Shown in pieces: positions 38,400-51,795 of a stretch of DNA of 64,000 nt. The notes beneath the pieces are model-generated. The model ran no database searches. It saw nothing but the letters and a program-made list of their open reading frames with translations, and was not told the origin of the DNA. The position numbers and the translations under genes are program-made. Origin of the DNA: Lama guanicoe (lineage: Eukaryota); assembly GCA_013239625.1 (NCBI GenBank), contig MU053629.1:4429567-4493566 (forward strand), written 5' to 3'. Position 1 is the stretch's first letter. The number at the start of each line of letters is the position of its first letter.

Positions 38400-38689
38400 A
38401 AGAATGGCAGCATCTCCTGGCTCCTTATTTTAAAACAACTGCCTATATATAGAAGGCCTTTGGCTGACATAATGGTCAGTGTTCTCTTATGCCTGACAAA
38501 AGCCCTAAGCTGTCAAAACTTCAAAAAGCAGGGAAGCTGAACAGAAAGAGCACTGGTCATCCAGGTACAAACTGTGGACGGTGGGCAGTTAATTCCCCCT
38601 GAGAGATTTGCTATAGTCCTTGGGTTCATCATTTATGTAATGAATGGGCATAAACTTGGTGATGTTTACAGTGTCTTCCTAATTATGAT

Positions 38690-38880
38690 CAAAACTACCA
38701 TTCGTTGAGTACTGCTGCACACCAGGCATTGCATGAAATACTGTAGACGTGGCATCAGGAGGATTCACAACAATCTGGGGAGGTAAGTCTTATTATGCCC
38801 ATTTTAGAGATGAGGGAGGGAAGTTCAGAGAATTGAAGCTACTTGCTCGAAGTTTCACAAGATACATCAGATGCAGGCTC
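38690..38880 (-). mobile_element. MIR SINE
   Basis: cattcgttgagtactgctgcacaccaggcatt...tattatgcccattttagagatgagg. Confidence 0.7.
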
Positions 38881-38986
38881 TGAGCCTGAGTGCCTCCGCC
38901 AAAGCCTGGGCTCTTTCCTCCTGCTCTCAACGGGCATGGTCCACGCAAACTCGTCCTCTCACCCACTCCGTGCTTTTCCCCCACAG

Positions 38987-39273
38987 GAGGCGTGATCGAA
39001 GCATACCCACCTGCAGAGAGTGTCACCAACCTGATGGTGGACATGCTGATAGAGCCCAACGGAGAAATCAGGGTGCTGTCAACGGGGGACCAGTTTCATG
39101 CCGAAGGCCCCTTCATCTCCTCTGGGACCACCATGCCTCAGACCTCAGTGGATCCCCAAGTTCTCAGTTCTTTGTGCCTCCAAATTGGAAATGCTTGTAA
39201 AATGAAAAATGTGGTTGGTTACTTTTCCATAGACCTGGTGACTTTTATTGATCCAAGCACCATGGAGCAGCAG
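38987..39273 (+). CDS. IQCH: IQCH internal coding exon (287 nt, phase 1-0): (G)[35 protein letters not shown]...[21 protein letters not shown]
   Basis: Acceptor cttttcccccacag and donor CAG|gtaagt. Lies within ORF 38890..39297; phase matches the upstream exon. Confidence 0.95.
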
Positions 39274-39467
39274 GTAAGTCAACTTGATGCCATGTGAGAT
39301 ACTAAAATACGTAAAGACTCCACACCGTTCACACGCGTGCAACAGGGACTGTGAGGGGGTTTCTGAGATTCACTGCTCTTCTGATGAGCTGACTGTAAAT
39401 CCAGCATTTACTTGGTCCATGCAAATTCGAGGGAGACCAGGCTTCACATCAGTAAATACAGGACCAG

Positions 39468-39945
39468 TGTTATCCCCCCGAGCAAAGGGTTCGCTGCCCG
39501 ATGGATGTGGCAGCCAATATTATGGCACTGGCTTTTGATAAAAGAAAAGGCTTTATTCCGAGGTCAGCTGGCAAGGAGACAGGAGGCAGGCTCAAATCTG
39601 TGTCTCCCTGACTTGGGATTTGGTCAAGCTTATATGAGCTGAGGGGGAGGGCTGGGATGTGGGGCAGGTTTCCATTGAAGAAGGGCTTTAGAACACGGCC
39701 ATTTACGGCAAAGTGTGGTAAGGGGGCTTCAGCACCGGCTCTTAATGAACAGTGGGTCCTTCACTCTGAAAGGGCTGCAGTGTCCAGATTCTGGTCATGT
39801 CCTGCCAGTCTTTTGGTTCCAGGGGGGTAGAAACTTTGGTTCCAGGTGTTGTTTGACATCAAAATGTTCCCCTCTGTGCATGCTTTGGCTGTATGACTTG
39901 GCGGTTCTGTTCTGTTGTCTCTAAAAAACAACTCAGTGTCGTGTT
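39468..39945 (-). mobile_element. ERV1-class LTR (family not resolved)
   Basis: TGTTA terminus; aaaggctttatt (AATAAA on the minus strand); ggcaaggagacaggagg...ctcaaatctg; aaaaacaactca block shared with ERV1 LTRs. Confidence 0.6.
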
Positions 39946-40445
39946 AGGAACGAGCTCGGGCCAGGTTTGGGCTGGTTCTGCTGGCACACCAGGGTCTTCT
40001 CACTGGGTGCGGCTGGAGTTTAAGTGACCGCATCTCATCCCAGTGGGGCCTCAGCTCTGCCCATCAGTGCTCTGCCTATATCTTATCACAAGACTGTTTT
40101 AGGCCATTCAGGGAGTGAAACTTTCTAGAATCTGTTCTTAGATAGAAAGTCAATCACTAGGAAGGAGGTAAGAGTCCTTGTCTCCGTTCCTTTTCTTATC
40201 AGTAGTAGTAATGGTTACCAGCAACTTAGGTGATCAATTTTCCTTCTTAAAAGACTGTATTGGGAAGTATTTCATAAATATAAAAAGGTCTTGATCCTAA
40301 TACGATGAACCAAGACCACCTCAGCCCAGCGTGCTCCTTGCTGACCCCCCTCACGCGGCCCTCTCTCCTCCCAGAGGCACCTACCGTCTTACACTTGGGA
40401 CTTTCATTCCTTTCCATGTCTTTATGCTTTTATCGCACATGAATG

Positions 40446-41028
40446 TGTTGCTCAAGCAGGCTTGTTTGCCTGACGCACAGCAAGCGAAGGTTTGCAGCAA
40501 AGAAAGGGTTTATTCACAAGGCAACCAAGCGAGGAGAAACGGGAACAAGCCTCAGATCTGCCTCCAGGGGCTTGAGATGTTTATAGGATAAAGGGGCAGG
40601 GTGGACTTAGGCACGGGGAGCGTGGGGACAGGTGACTGGAAATAAGAAAAAGGTGAGGGACTCGTCATTCTGCGTGGGCGTAACGAAGCTACAGGCCACG
40701 TCACGGGAGGTGTGTTCAAAACAGAGGCACTTGGCACGATCTGAGGATGGAGTTTTCTGCCCTCTGATGTCACAGTGTCACTGAGCTGACACACGCATGC
40801 CCAGTTGGAGGGTGGGTGGTCCTATCCAGCCTTAACTGCCTCAGCTCGAACTGGACACAGGTGAGTCCAAGTTTCTGGAAAATAACTCAGGCAAACACCT
40901 GATTGTTTAGACTACGTGCTGCTTTGAGGACTTACAAGTTTTTATTGTAGCAACAATTAAAACGCCCTTGATCAATGAAGGCAGATTACAGGTGTAACGG
41001 ATTTAATTGACGATTACCCAGGGTTTCA
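40446..41028 (-). mobile_element. ERV1-class solo LTR (TG...CA termini) nested in an old L1 fragment
   Basis: tgttg...gggtttca ends; flanks aatg/gatg (imperfect 4-bp TSD); AATAAA and TATAAA on the minus strand; cctcagatctgcctcc motif. Confidence 0.7.
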
Positions 41029-41879
41029 GATGTAGCCATAAATAATAGTTTAATTTTGCTATTTTTAAACTTTTTATAGATCATAACATCCTACATATTA
41101 TTATTCTACAATATGCTTCTATTTCTTCAGTATTTCATCTGTGACCTTCTTTGTGGGCACCTGTCTGGCTCTGATGTATAATAAGTCTAGATAAATAATT
41201 GTTAACCTTTTTTGCTTTGCCCCCTCCCACTGCACCCGCCACCCCCCACAAATGATAATGCTTAAATTCACTAGGACTTCACAAGACTCGTTTTTCAAAA
41301 TGCTCAGTTCCTCCTGTGTTAGTGTTGGGTGACCAGAACTCTGTCCAAAGAATGAAGTGGCCTCCTGCCCTCCCTCTCCTGATACCCTCTGGCCATCCAA
41401 CACTGTAAGTTTAGTTGTTTAATATTCATTATTCTCGGTTTTACAATCCTCCAATTCAGTCAGATGATAGTATCAAAGTGAGTTTATGTTTTGAGCAGTT
41501 TTTAGCTTGTTGAATAATCATTTTCCATTTGCCTTCCTGGGCCCTCCTTTGGTTTCTGCATTCCTCTCTCAGGCTCGCACATGGAGAGAGAGAAAGACAT
41601 GAAGGGCGTTCAGGAATCGACCTACGGTGGAGGGAGAACAGGAACAATGCCCTTTGCAAAAGAGCTGGGTGGCACGGAAGCAAGGGGAGGAGAAGCCAGA
41701 GAGGCTGCCCTCCCCAAGTTGGTCGTGAGAAGCAGGGATTAAATCTGTGATCCCCAAGGCGGCAGGGAGGATGGAGCTATGGAAACAGCTTACTTATGGT
41801 TTTGATCTACTCAGGTTCGGCACGAGGAGAATTGCCAGTGAGAGGTATCTTCTCCCAGCACTCCTGTCTCAGGGCTTAC

Positions 41880-42388
41880 CCTTTCCAGCTTCTGGGATAA
41901 AGGTCCCACACTTCACTTGGCTGGTCCCATGTGCCTTGACAGCCTTTGCCCACCCTAACTCCCCTCTTTTTCTCTCTTTCCCAACCCCCTTACTTGTCAT
42001 ACTACCTCCTGCCACAGGGCCTTTACACATGCTGCCCCTCTGCCCGAAATGCTCTTGCCTCTTCTTTTTTACCTAGTTAACCCCTTCCCATCCGTCATAT
42101 TTCAGTTCAAGCCACATTTTCTTAGGGGAGCCTTCCATGGACTCCCCAACAAAGTCACATTTCCTGTTTTAGGTTCTCATGTCATCATGTACCTCTTCTT
42201 CATACCACTTGCTTTTGATACAGTTTTAAACTTATTTGCATGATTATCTGATTAAAGCTGCTCCCCCTCTACAGTGTAATCTCCTTGAGATGTACTCTTT
42301 TCGTTCCCCAATTCTCAGCACTATCTCTGCCCCGGCACAAAGTAGGTGTTTGGTGAGTAAATAAATATTGAAAGAATGAATGAATGAA
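41880..42388 (+). mobile_element. L2 (L2a-like) 3' end
   Basis: cagggcctttacacatgctgcccctctgcccgaaatgctctt...ggcacaaagtaggtg...aaatattgaaagaatgaatgaatgaa tail. Confidence 0.8.
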
Positions 42389-42905
42389 CAATAGAGGTAT
42401 TCTAGCAGACGCTGGAGGCTTTTAGAGAAGAGCTCAAACATTAGTTGATGAGTGAGATAAATAAATATTAACCCAAGATTCTCTGGTTTTATCATCCTCC
42501 TTGTCTCTTTGCATTAATACTTCAGTGTATGCCTGTTTGTGTTCCAATTTTCAGTAGAACATTGGAAGAAGTTCTCAGCACACCAAAAGGAGTTTCTATA
42601 TTGGCAAAGGAAGTATGTTAACTCCCTGTATATAACAGATTATTTGCAAAATCACTAGTAAATACTCTTGCCACTTTGCAAGAGACATCACTTCAGAAAA
42701 CACTGTATTTTCTCTTCTAATCGACATGCATTGTGGTGCCAATGAAGAGACTGGCATATTACCAACCTCATTTTTTGCTGGTCTAATGGGGAAATGGCAT
42801 CTGTTTTACTCAGCATTTCTCTGATTATTAGTGAGGATGAACATCTTTTTATATATTTCTTGGCCATTTATATATCTTGTATTAACTGCCTTATATCTTT
42901 TGCCT

Positions 42906-43767
42906 TATTTATTTATTTATTATTGACGTATAGTCAATGCAATGTTGTATCAATTTCTGGTGTACAGCATAATAGTTCAGTCATACATATACATACATAT
43001 ATTTGTTTTCATATTCTTTCTCATTATAGGTTACCACAAGATATTGAATCTAGCTCCCTGTGCTATACAGTATAAACTTGTTTATCTATTTTATATATAG
43101 TAGTTAGTATCTGCAAATCTCGAACTCCCAATCTGTCCCTTCACAGCCCCTTTCCTCCAGGTAACTGTAAGTTTGTTTTCTATGTCTGTGAATCTGTTTC
43201 TGTTTTGTAAATAAATTCATTTGCCCTTTTTTAAGATTCCACATGTAAGTGATATCATATGGTATTTTTCTTTCTCTTTCTGGCTTACTTCACTTAGAAT
43301 GACAATCTCCAGGTCCATCTATGTTGCTTCAAAAAGCATTGTTTTGTTCCTTTTCATGGCTGAATAGTATTCCATTGTTACTACAACTTCTTTGTCCAGT
43401 CATCTGTCAATGGACATTTAGGCTGTTTCCATGTCTTGGCTATTATAAACAGTGCTGCTATGAACATTGGGGTGCATGTATCTTTCATTCAACACATGCC
43501 AAGGAGTGGGATTGCGGATCATATGGTAAGTCAATTTTTAGTTTTTTCAGGAGTCTCCATACTGTTTTCCACATTGGCTGCAGTAAACTGCATTCCCACC
43601 AACAGTGTAGGAGGGTTCCCTTTTCTCCACACCCTCTCCAGCATTTATCATTCATGGACTTTTGAATGATGGCCATTCTGACTGGTGTGAGGTGATACCT
43701 CATTGTAGTTTTGATTTACATTTCTCTAATAATTAGCAACATTGAGCATTTTTTCATGTGCCTATTG
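42906..43767 (-). mobile_element. 5'-truncated L1 (ORF2 C-terminus plus 3' UTR) nested in older L1M sequence
   Basis: ORF 43485..43703 [13 protein letters not shown]...[18 protein letters not shown]; (ATTT)n tail; degenerate TSD tctt(t)tgcc. Confidence 0.9.
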
Positions 43768-44830
43768 TCTTTGCCCCTTTTAAATTGGACTATAATATAA
43801 ATGTCGATTTGTAGAAGCTCTTTATGTATAAGAAACTCTTATCCTTTGTTACACATATAAATATCTTTTCCCAGATTTTCACTTGTGGCTTTTCTTTTTT
43901 TCCAGCATGTTTCTCCACCATAAAATGACTGTTTTTTCCTTTGCAATTGATTAGTAATATTTTTGTGGAAAGGTGTTCCAAGCATACACCTGTGTCTTAT
44001 TCCTTATCAAATTTCCACACAAAACTTAGTATCCACTACCAACTTTCTCCTGAGTCAGCCACTATGATGACAGTGGTAATTTTCTATTTCCATCACTCTT
44101 TCTACATCCACTAGTTGGAAGTCTACTGCAGGGAGAGTCTGTCCTTTCCCACCTTTTATTTATATAGGTAGGCACGTACATATTTTTACCAGTTTGAACT
44201 TGTGAGTTTCCAGTCTTTTAGGTCAATTATATTTTGACACTTTTGTCATTTTGATGTTCAGGTTGTCCCAGATTTGGCTAGTGGGAGACCCCTCAGGGTG
44301 GCTCTGTGTCCTTTTGATGTGTCCCCTTTATCCTCTGAGCACTGTCTTACTTTCCAGCACAATGAGATGTTACAGGTTCATTTTACCTTTTCTCGGATCC
44401 AGACCTAGGACCAGCCCAAGAGCTCTGGGTCCTTTTAGCGAAGGACGGTATTAAGATCTGGGCTCTTGGTGCTTTTATTGCTACTGGAGTGTCATTGCTT
44501 CTGGCTTCTTTCAAGGAACAGAGCTAGGAATTATACGTGCTATATATGTACAATACACATACACACAAGCATATGTTCACACATATATTCAGACATGCAT
44601 GCATCTATAACCATTTCTATACCTATTAATGTATATATTTTAAAACCATGCATTCCTGCCAATACCTCTAATTCCAATCTTAACACTTCAAGGTTCTTTC
44701 TAGATTTCCCCTTTTCCACCCTTAAAAAGAAATACCTTCTCCAACAGTGAGAAATCTGAGTCTGTTTATCTTCAATATATTTACTTATTTGCTCAATCAA
44801 TTTATTTCTTCAGGGTAACCAACCTCCCAA
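43768..44830 (-). mobile_element. Old L1MC-like 3' region
   Basis: ttgtcccagatttggctagtgggagacccctcagggtggctctgtgtccttttgatgtgtcccc. Confidence 0.65.
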
Positions 44831-45219
44831 CCAATCCGGCTGTGTTCTTCACCTACCACATCTGTACTTGGACACTGAACCTTACCATTTGTGTCTCAAG
44901 TTTATTTATTATGTTCTTCAGCACACTAAAGTTTCAAATAGTCAAACTAGCTCCTTTTCTAAGTTACTATGTTACCTTGAGCTTATCTCTTTCTTTCTGT
45001 CATCTTCAGTTTTCTCATCTGTAAAATGAGTTGGTTAGCTTATTTGACTTCTGAGTTCAAAAATTATTTATTTCAATAATATTTTCATAGTACCTCTTCA
45101 TGATGTCTAACGCAATGATAGTTCCATGATAGCCAGTTGATTCATAGACTTCTGGAACTTCCAGAACACCCAGAACTGTTGAGCTTACTTATATTTACTT
45201 TTGGGAAACTCTAAAGGGA

Positions 45220-45560
45220 AGAACAAGTGTTTATTGAGCATCTAGTATGTACAAGACATGATGGTAGGTGCTAGAGAGGCCGCAAAGATGCAAAAGAAGT
45301 GAAAACGCCTGCCCTGGGGGAGTTCAAAATCTAGTTGGGGAGACAGACTTGATAAATGAATTACAAGAAAAAGCTTAGGTGACAACTACATAGAACAATA
45401 TAAGAGACATCAAAAAGGCAATGTCAATCTAACTGCCTTCTGTTTGGAGCCACCAAGAGAGGTTTTTACAGAGTAGGTGGGATTTGAGCTGAAAGATAAC
45501 TAGGATTTAAAGGAGGGTAAGAGTGTGTTCCAAGTGGGAAAGATGCTGGGAAGGGTGCTG
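45220..45560 (-). mobile_element. L2 fragment
   Basis: tttattgagcatctagtatgtacaagac...cctgccctgggggagttcaaaatctagttggggagacagac...gtgggatttgagctgaa. Confidence 0.7.
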
Positions 45561-48034
45561 GTAGAAATGCACAAAACACACAGGGGGATAAAAATGATGC
45601 TCTAAGTCTTATAAACAACACATCTGACTTGCTTCATATAGATGTGCATTTATATATCACTCGTCAGTTCTTTTTAGATAAAGTCACTCAACAAACAGAC
45701 TGGCAAAGATGCTTTCTATTGAAATCCTCAGATTGAAAACTGTGTGTTTAGATCATTGTAAACTTTTGAAATAGCTATCTCTGTTAGAAGCATTGATAGG
45801 TATTATTTTTTTTTAAAAAAAGGAAAGGAAATCTAATCTTTGAAAAAAGAGTTTAGATGAAAAACAGCTGCAGGCTTCCAGCAATGGCCCTTCCTGGACA
45901 CGTAAGGTAGCTACAGAAGAAAATTGTTACAAAGTTCAAATTATGAGGAAAGAGAAAAATGGAGACCCTGATATATATCAGAGAATATCTCATATATTCT
46001 GAAAGCTGTTTCAGTGAGTTTCTAAATACAAATGTATCAGCTTAGAATAAGAAAAAAAGAGAGAGCTGAAAATACGTTCCTTGTGATGGATAATGGGTTC
46101 TGGCCCCAGTCTTTCCACTTACCAGTTGTGATACTTCAGACAACTCACCAGACCTCTTATGAACCTCATTTTCATTGACAAATGGTGAATCCCTGCCCTC
46201 CTTCCCACTGGATGTTCTGAGAGGCTGAGCAGATATAAGGTGCTGTTCTTATTAAATCAAGCAGCATAATCACATGTAAAACTGTCGCCCGAGCCCTCAG
46301 CAGGTTCTCAAACTGTGAGTGGAATCTGAATTGAATTAGCATTATTTTTAAAAGTCAGTGAACATTATCAGCTCAAAGTGATATATAAGCATCGGAAGTG
46401 AATATATTTATTTCAGAGAGTGGAAAAACCAAAGTCTACAGAAATATCATCATTCCTTCTTATTATTTGCTGAATACCCAGCACCTAGCACCATGCCTAG
46501 CATATAACAGACCCACGGTAAATATTTATTAAATAAATGAATGAATACTTCTCTGAATTCCCCTCTAGTACTCTCATTTGCAAGATCTCCCTATCTTTAT
46601 CTTCAAGATATACAAGGTATTCACCAAGGGACCTCAGTGAGATTTACTTTTTCTCTTTAGGGAAGGTATTTTATTTATACATGAGACGGTTAACAGTGTA
46701 TGTCTAAATTAAAATTTAATAGGCCTTTAGTATGAACAGAAGTGCCTGTTATTCAATGTTTTCAAAATGCTGTAATAGGCACACTGTAAATCACAAGTTA
46801 GTACCTAGTGAAGGGAAAATCGATCCCAAGGGTTTTGAAGCATCAAAGTAAAAGACCTGTCCCTTTAAAAGGTCTGCATCTTTGTGTCAATGAAAGAGAC
46901 TTGCAATGTGCAAGTGATACTTATGATGATGGTGATGGCGATGACTTCTGCAATACGCACAAAGACAATGACAATAATTTTTACAGTGAAAATGACAATT
47001 CTGTTCCTTAACACTGATGGTGCAGGTAAACTAGTGGCCAACTTTGCTATATATAATCTTGCCATATGTGACTATCCTTAAATGTTGGGTTGGTCCCCTT
47101 ACATTGTAAACCTCAACCTTCAGAAAGATTGAACCCAAGCCTAAACAGCAGCTCTTGGTTAGAACTTTGGATTCCCCATAGACCAGACCCCTGTTTACAT
47201 CCAGTCGCTCCACACAGGATTTCTTCAGATGACTGCTCTCATCATGGAAATTTTTGCTTCCTTTTGAATGAAACTTAGACACTTCTCTCTGGACTTTGAG
47301 GTCTTTAAGTAACTTTAATCACCAGAAACACTGCCAGAGAAGGGCAAATGCAGCCACTTGCACTGTATCGTGCACTTTTCAGAAGATGCCACAGCTCTGC
47401 AGGACTCAGGAGGGCGGCAGGTAGGGAGAAAGGAAAAGTCTCCCTGCTAATGCTAAGAAAAACCAAAACACTCTCCGCATGCATGTGGTTACGACTCGCC
47501 CACCAGTATCACAAAAACAAAGCTGAGTGGCCCTTCCTACTTCCCAGCTGTTAAGACTTTTTGTGTGATAAATTTTCCCTTTCAAAATTGGTCCTTAATG
47601 TTCATTTTAATTTAATTTTATCTGGACCATAATGTTGGGGTGACAAAGTACAGGGTGATTTGTTCTGGGCCTTACCTATTTCTTAAAACAGCCCTGAACC
47701 ACCTATCCGTCACCATGTGGCACTAATTGCCTTTCTCCGTGATCATGCCCGAAGTGCTCTGTAGCACAGGCAAGCTGACCTGATTGGCGGGTCCCACTTT
47801 CAATAAATGCATCCTCCTCCTGCCTCCACATGCTACCTCCATGCCTACAACTGGCCTTTCCTTTCCCCTTTGTCAATATACAACTTCCCTTCTTTCAAAA
47901 CATGTTTCAAAATCCAACTCCTCGTGGAAACCCACCTTACTTAATCCCCCTTCAGTTGCCACTTCATTCTCTAGCTTCTAGTCATTGTCTAGCTTCTCTG
48001 AGCTAAGGTAATACTGATGGCCAGAGTAACTATT

Positions 48035-48350
48035 CTTTTTTTGATTGAGGTATAGTCAGTTTACAATGTTGTGTCAGTTTCTGGTGTACAGCACAACGCT
48101 TCAGTCATACATGAATATACATATATTCTTTTTCACTGTAAGCTACTACAAGATATTGAATATAGCTCCCTGTGCTATACAGTATAAACTTGCTTATCTG
48201 TTTTATATATACCAGTCAGTATCTGCAGATCTTGAACTCCCAATTTATCCCTTCCCACCGCCCTCCTCCGTGGCAACCACAAGTTTGTTTTCTGTGTCTG
48301 TGAGTCTGTTTCTGTTTTATATAGAAGTTCACTTGTCTTCTTTTTTTTAT
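48035..48350 (-). mobile_element. L1 3' UTR insertion with a 10-bp TSD (one mismatch), in a MIR tail
   Basis: ttgaggtatagtcagtttacaatgttgtgtcagtttctggtgtacagc; TSD AGTAA(C/T)TATT at 48025-48034 and 48351-48360. Confidence 0.85.
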
Positions 48351-48360
48351 AGTAATTATT

Positions 48361-48600
48361 AATGATAATATTAACTATTTATTGAATTTTTGTCATGAGC
48401 CAGACATTCTGGTATGTATTTTACACATAGCGTTCCTAATCCTCACACCCTGAGAAGTGAGTATTATTCCTAATTTACAAATGAGGAACCTGAGGCTAGA
48501 GTGACATGTTCAAAGTCACACAAGGACTAAGGGGCAGATCTAGGGTTCAAACTATGATTTAGCTGGCTGCTGAGCCCATGGTCCTTGTCTCACAGTAAAT
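48361..48600 (-). mobile_element. MIR SINE
   Basis: ctatttattgaat...aatttacaaatgaggaacctgaggctagagtgacatgttcaaagtcacaca. Confidence 0.75.
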
Positions 48601-50899
48601 ATTCCCCCTGGTACTGCACGGAATTGATGGTGACTTCCTTTGTAAGCCTCTCCCTCCTCCTCAGCCACCATCGCCAAAGAAAATGTATGTTTCTCTTGTA
48701 TCTCCTCAATATGCTTGTTGAATTGAGTCGAACAGCTTAAAGCCAGAAAACACATCTCCTATTTTTTTTTAATATATTCCATCCTTGTGCTCAGCACATA
48801 AGGTAATCATTAAATGTTAATGACTAAGCGCAATGGAATAAAATCAGTGTTGTGGTAGCCATTTTTAAGCTTTAAGAGTTTAAATGAGCAAGCCTGTACA
48901 CAGCACCACAGCTGGGAGCGCCATATTGCCATTAAGCCAGAAGGTGGATTCACGGGATGGGAACATTGAAAACAGACACCGCAAGAGCGGTTAAGTCAGT
49001 TTTCCAAACCACTTTCTACAAGTAGCTACTGCTTTTCCCTCCATAATAATTTCACAATAATTAGCCTGCTAGGTGAGAAATCCCAGGCGAAAACCTGAGT
49101 ATCAGGGGAGTTTAAAACAACCACTGAGTGTCACGCTAAGGTTGGAGGTGACGTGGACAATAGGAAAAGTCATTCCCAGCTTGCTGGTCAGAAATGTAAG
49201 AGAACCGCCAGCCAGATTTCTATTAGGGGCTTTGCCTTTCAGGATGAATGCCTTTGTTCTTGTCCTTACGTTGATGAAACCCAATCTCACATTCCAACAC
49301 ATATGGATACCAAAATGTGTGTCTGGTGAGGAACAGTGTCTGATGCTGTCAATTTCTGCTTCCTTTTGCTTTCTTTGCTCCTAGCACGAAATCCTACTTT
49401 GTTGCCAAAATCTTACTTTGTAGCTTTTTAACTTAATTAAATATATAGACAATTACTGACACCATCTGTCTTCATAGAAAAAGAACAAGAAGTGACACAA
49501 AAGAGTGCGACTCTGAAGGGAATATTTAGCAAACAAAATCTTCCAGCTCCATGACAGTAATATTTATTTTTAGGAGCCCTTATGTGATTTTAGATCACTT
49601 AATGCTTCTTAGAAATAATGAATTTGAGCTATACTTAAAATGTGGTGGCTTTGGTATGATTTTAAAAATATATCAAGTAATCCATTGCTTTTTCAGTAAA
49701 ACAAAAACTTTTAAACACGCCGTTGAACATCTGTTACTAGTACAGTCTTACACAGCACTTAAAATCCTTAAAAATCCCTGAAAACCTTTATAAAGTTACA
49801 TGAATCTTTTGCGTAAATAGAACTGTTTTAACAATACGTATATTCCTTTAAACATATATTTTGCTTTCTTAAGCATAAGAGTCATTGTGCTGCCTGTCGG
49901 TCCAAGCCCCGATAAATAAGTAAATGAGATGTCTTCACTTCTTGAGGGAGTCAGTCTTCCCCAGTTATGGCACATTCCTAGCCCGCTCTAAAGTACCTAC
50001 TTCGTTATGTCTGTTTTTTTAAGACCTTATCCAATGTCTTCACAAATGTCTTAATATGTAAACAATATCAAGCCAACCCACTGAAACTTGAGCAGGCTAA
50101 GTCAGGAACCAATACAAAAGTCAGAATAAAATAACAGAATTCATCTCCCATGGGAGAACATTGTCAGGCGATACAAAGGAAATGCAGAGAGAAGAGTCAC
50201 ACATGGGTCCAGGAAGAATGTGGAATTGGTGGTACCACCACGGAGAACCGGGTTCTCCTGCAGCTCTTTCTTGAACTGGAAGGAACAGGTTTTGAACCCC
50301 GTGTGGCAGCAACTAAGAGCCCTACCCTCCGTAAGGAGAAGTGTGGACAAGAGGACATCTCTGAAGAGGCTCAATATAGAAAGAGACACTTTTAAGAGAA
50401 ATAACTACATTTTAAATACTGATGGTATGCCAAAAAACATATCAGATTTGGGGGGGAAATACCAACATAAATATCTTGTATTTTTCATTCACTTGTGGAT
50501 GAAGAAAGTGACTTCATAATGATTTTCTACAGATTGCCTTGAAGATTATATAAAACGCTTCTCAAATACGAGCAGAGCTAAAACTAAGAATGCACACTCA
50601 TCTGCCATGACTTAACAAGCCCTCTAGTGCATTCTCCTGAGATTGAGCTGTATATTAAGAAACAGTGTGTTGAATTTTTGAAGAGATCGGGAGAAGGAGG
50701 GAGGAAAAGAGGAAGGAAGAAAGGAAACACTTCCCTTAATGCGTCTCTTTGCTAGAAATTGAACTTAGGGGCAAATGGTAGCAGAGGGATAGGTCAGTTA
50801 AAGCAGCCTCTGGGGTGATGCTCAGAGGAGCAGAGGCTAACACAGCGGCAGAGTCCCGATGGCAGGCCAGACTGAAGACTACTTACTCAGGTGTGTGTG

Positions 50900-51795
50900 T
50901 GTGTAGCAACTTTATTGAGATACCACATACATAAAACTCACTCTTTTAAAGCATACAGTTCAGTGGCTTTTAGTCTACTCACAGAGTTACATAACCATCA
51001 CCATTATCTAATTTTAGACAATTTCCTTTACTCTAAAAAGAAAATGCAGGTGCTAACTACTACATATAAAATAGATAAGCAACAAGGTCCTACTGTATAG
51101 CACAGGGAACTATATTCAATATCTTGTAACAATCTGTAATGAAAAAGAATATATATGTGTGTGACTGAATCACTATGCTGTACACCAGAAATGAACACAA
51201 CGTTGTAGATTAACTATACTTCAATTTTAAAAAAAGAAAAGGAATCATTCCCCATATCCTCTCCCCATTTGCCACTGAAAACCATTTTCTGTCTCTTAGG
51301 CTTTCTCTATTCTCGACATTTCTTATAAATGGAATCATATAGTAGGTGGTCTTTTGTGACTGGCTTCTTTCACTTAACAGAGTATTTTCAAGGTTCATCC
51401 ATGTTTAAGCATATGTCAGTGCTTCGTTCCTTTTAACGGCTGAATAATATTCCATTGTATGGATGTACCACTCTTTTTATCCATTCATCATTTGATGGAC
51501 ATTTGGATTGCTTCCACTCTTTGACCATTATGAATCACGTTGCTTTGAACATTCATGTACAAGTCTTTGTGTGAACACATTTTCTTTTCTCTTGGTTGTA
51601 CACCTAGGAGTAGAACTGATGGGTCATACGGTGACTCTATGTTAACTTTTGAAGAACTGCTAAACTTTTTTAAGTGGCTGCACCATTTTACAATCTCACA
51701 ATGTATAAGGGTTCCAATATCGCCCTATCTTTGCCCACAGTAGTTATTGTCTTTTATATGTCAGCCATCCTTGTGGGTTTGAAGTGGTATTGCTC
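50900..51795 (-). mobile_element. L1MB-like 3' region with a nested plus-strand L1 3' end (51045-51230, TSD AAAAAGAAAA)
   Basis: ORF 51210..51398 MNLENTLLSERSQSQKTTYYMIPF; TSD copies at 51035-51044 and 51231-51240. Confidence 0.85.

Noticed and set aside
38984..38989. CAG-GAG tandem acceptor
   Set aside because: GAG is rarely used as an acceptor, and the proximal CAG gives the expected QGGVIE peptide.
46808..47282. Cluster of short ORFs (Asp/Asn-rich) as a processed pseudogene
   Set aside because: No recognisable parent protein, poly(A) or TSD; the composition comes from (GAT)n-like low complexity.
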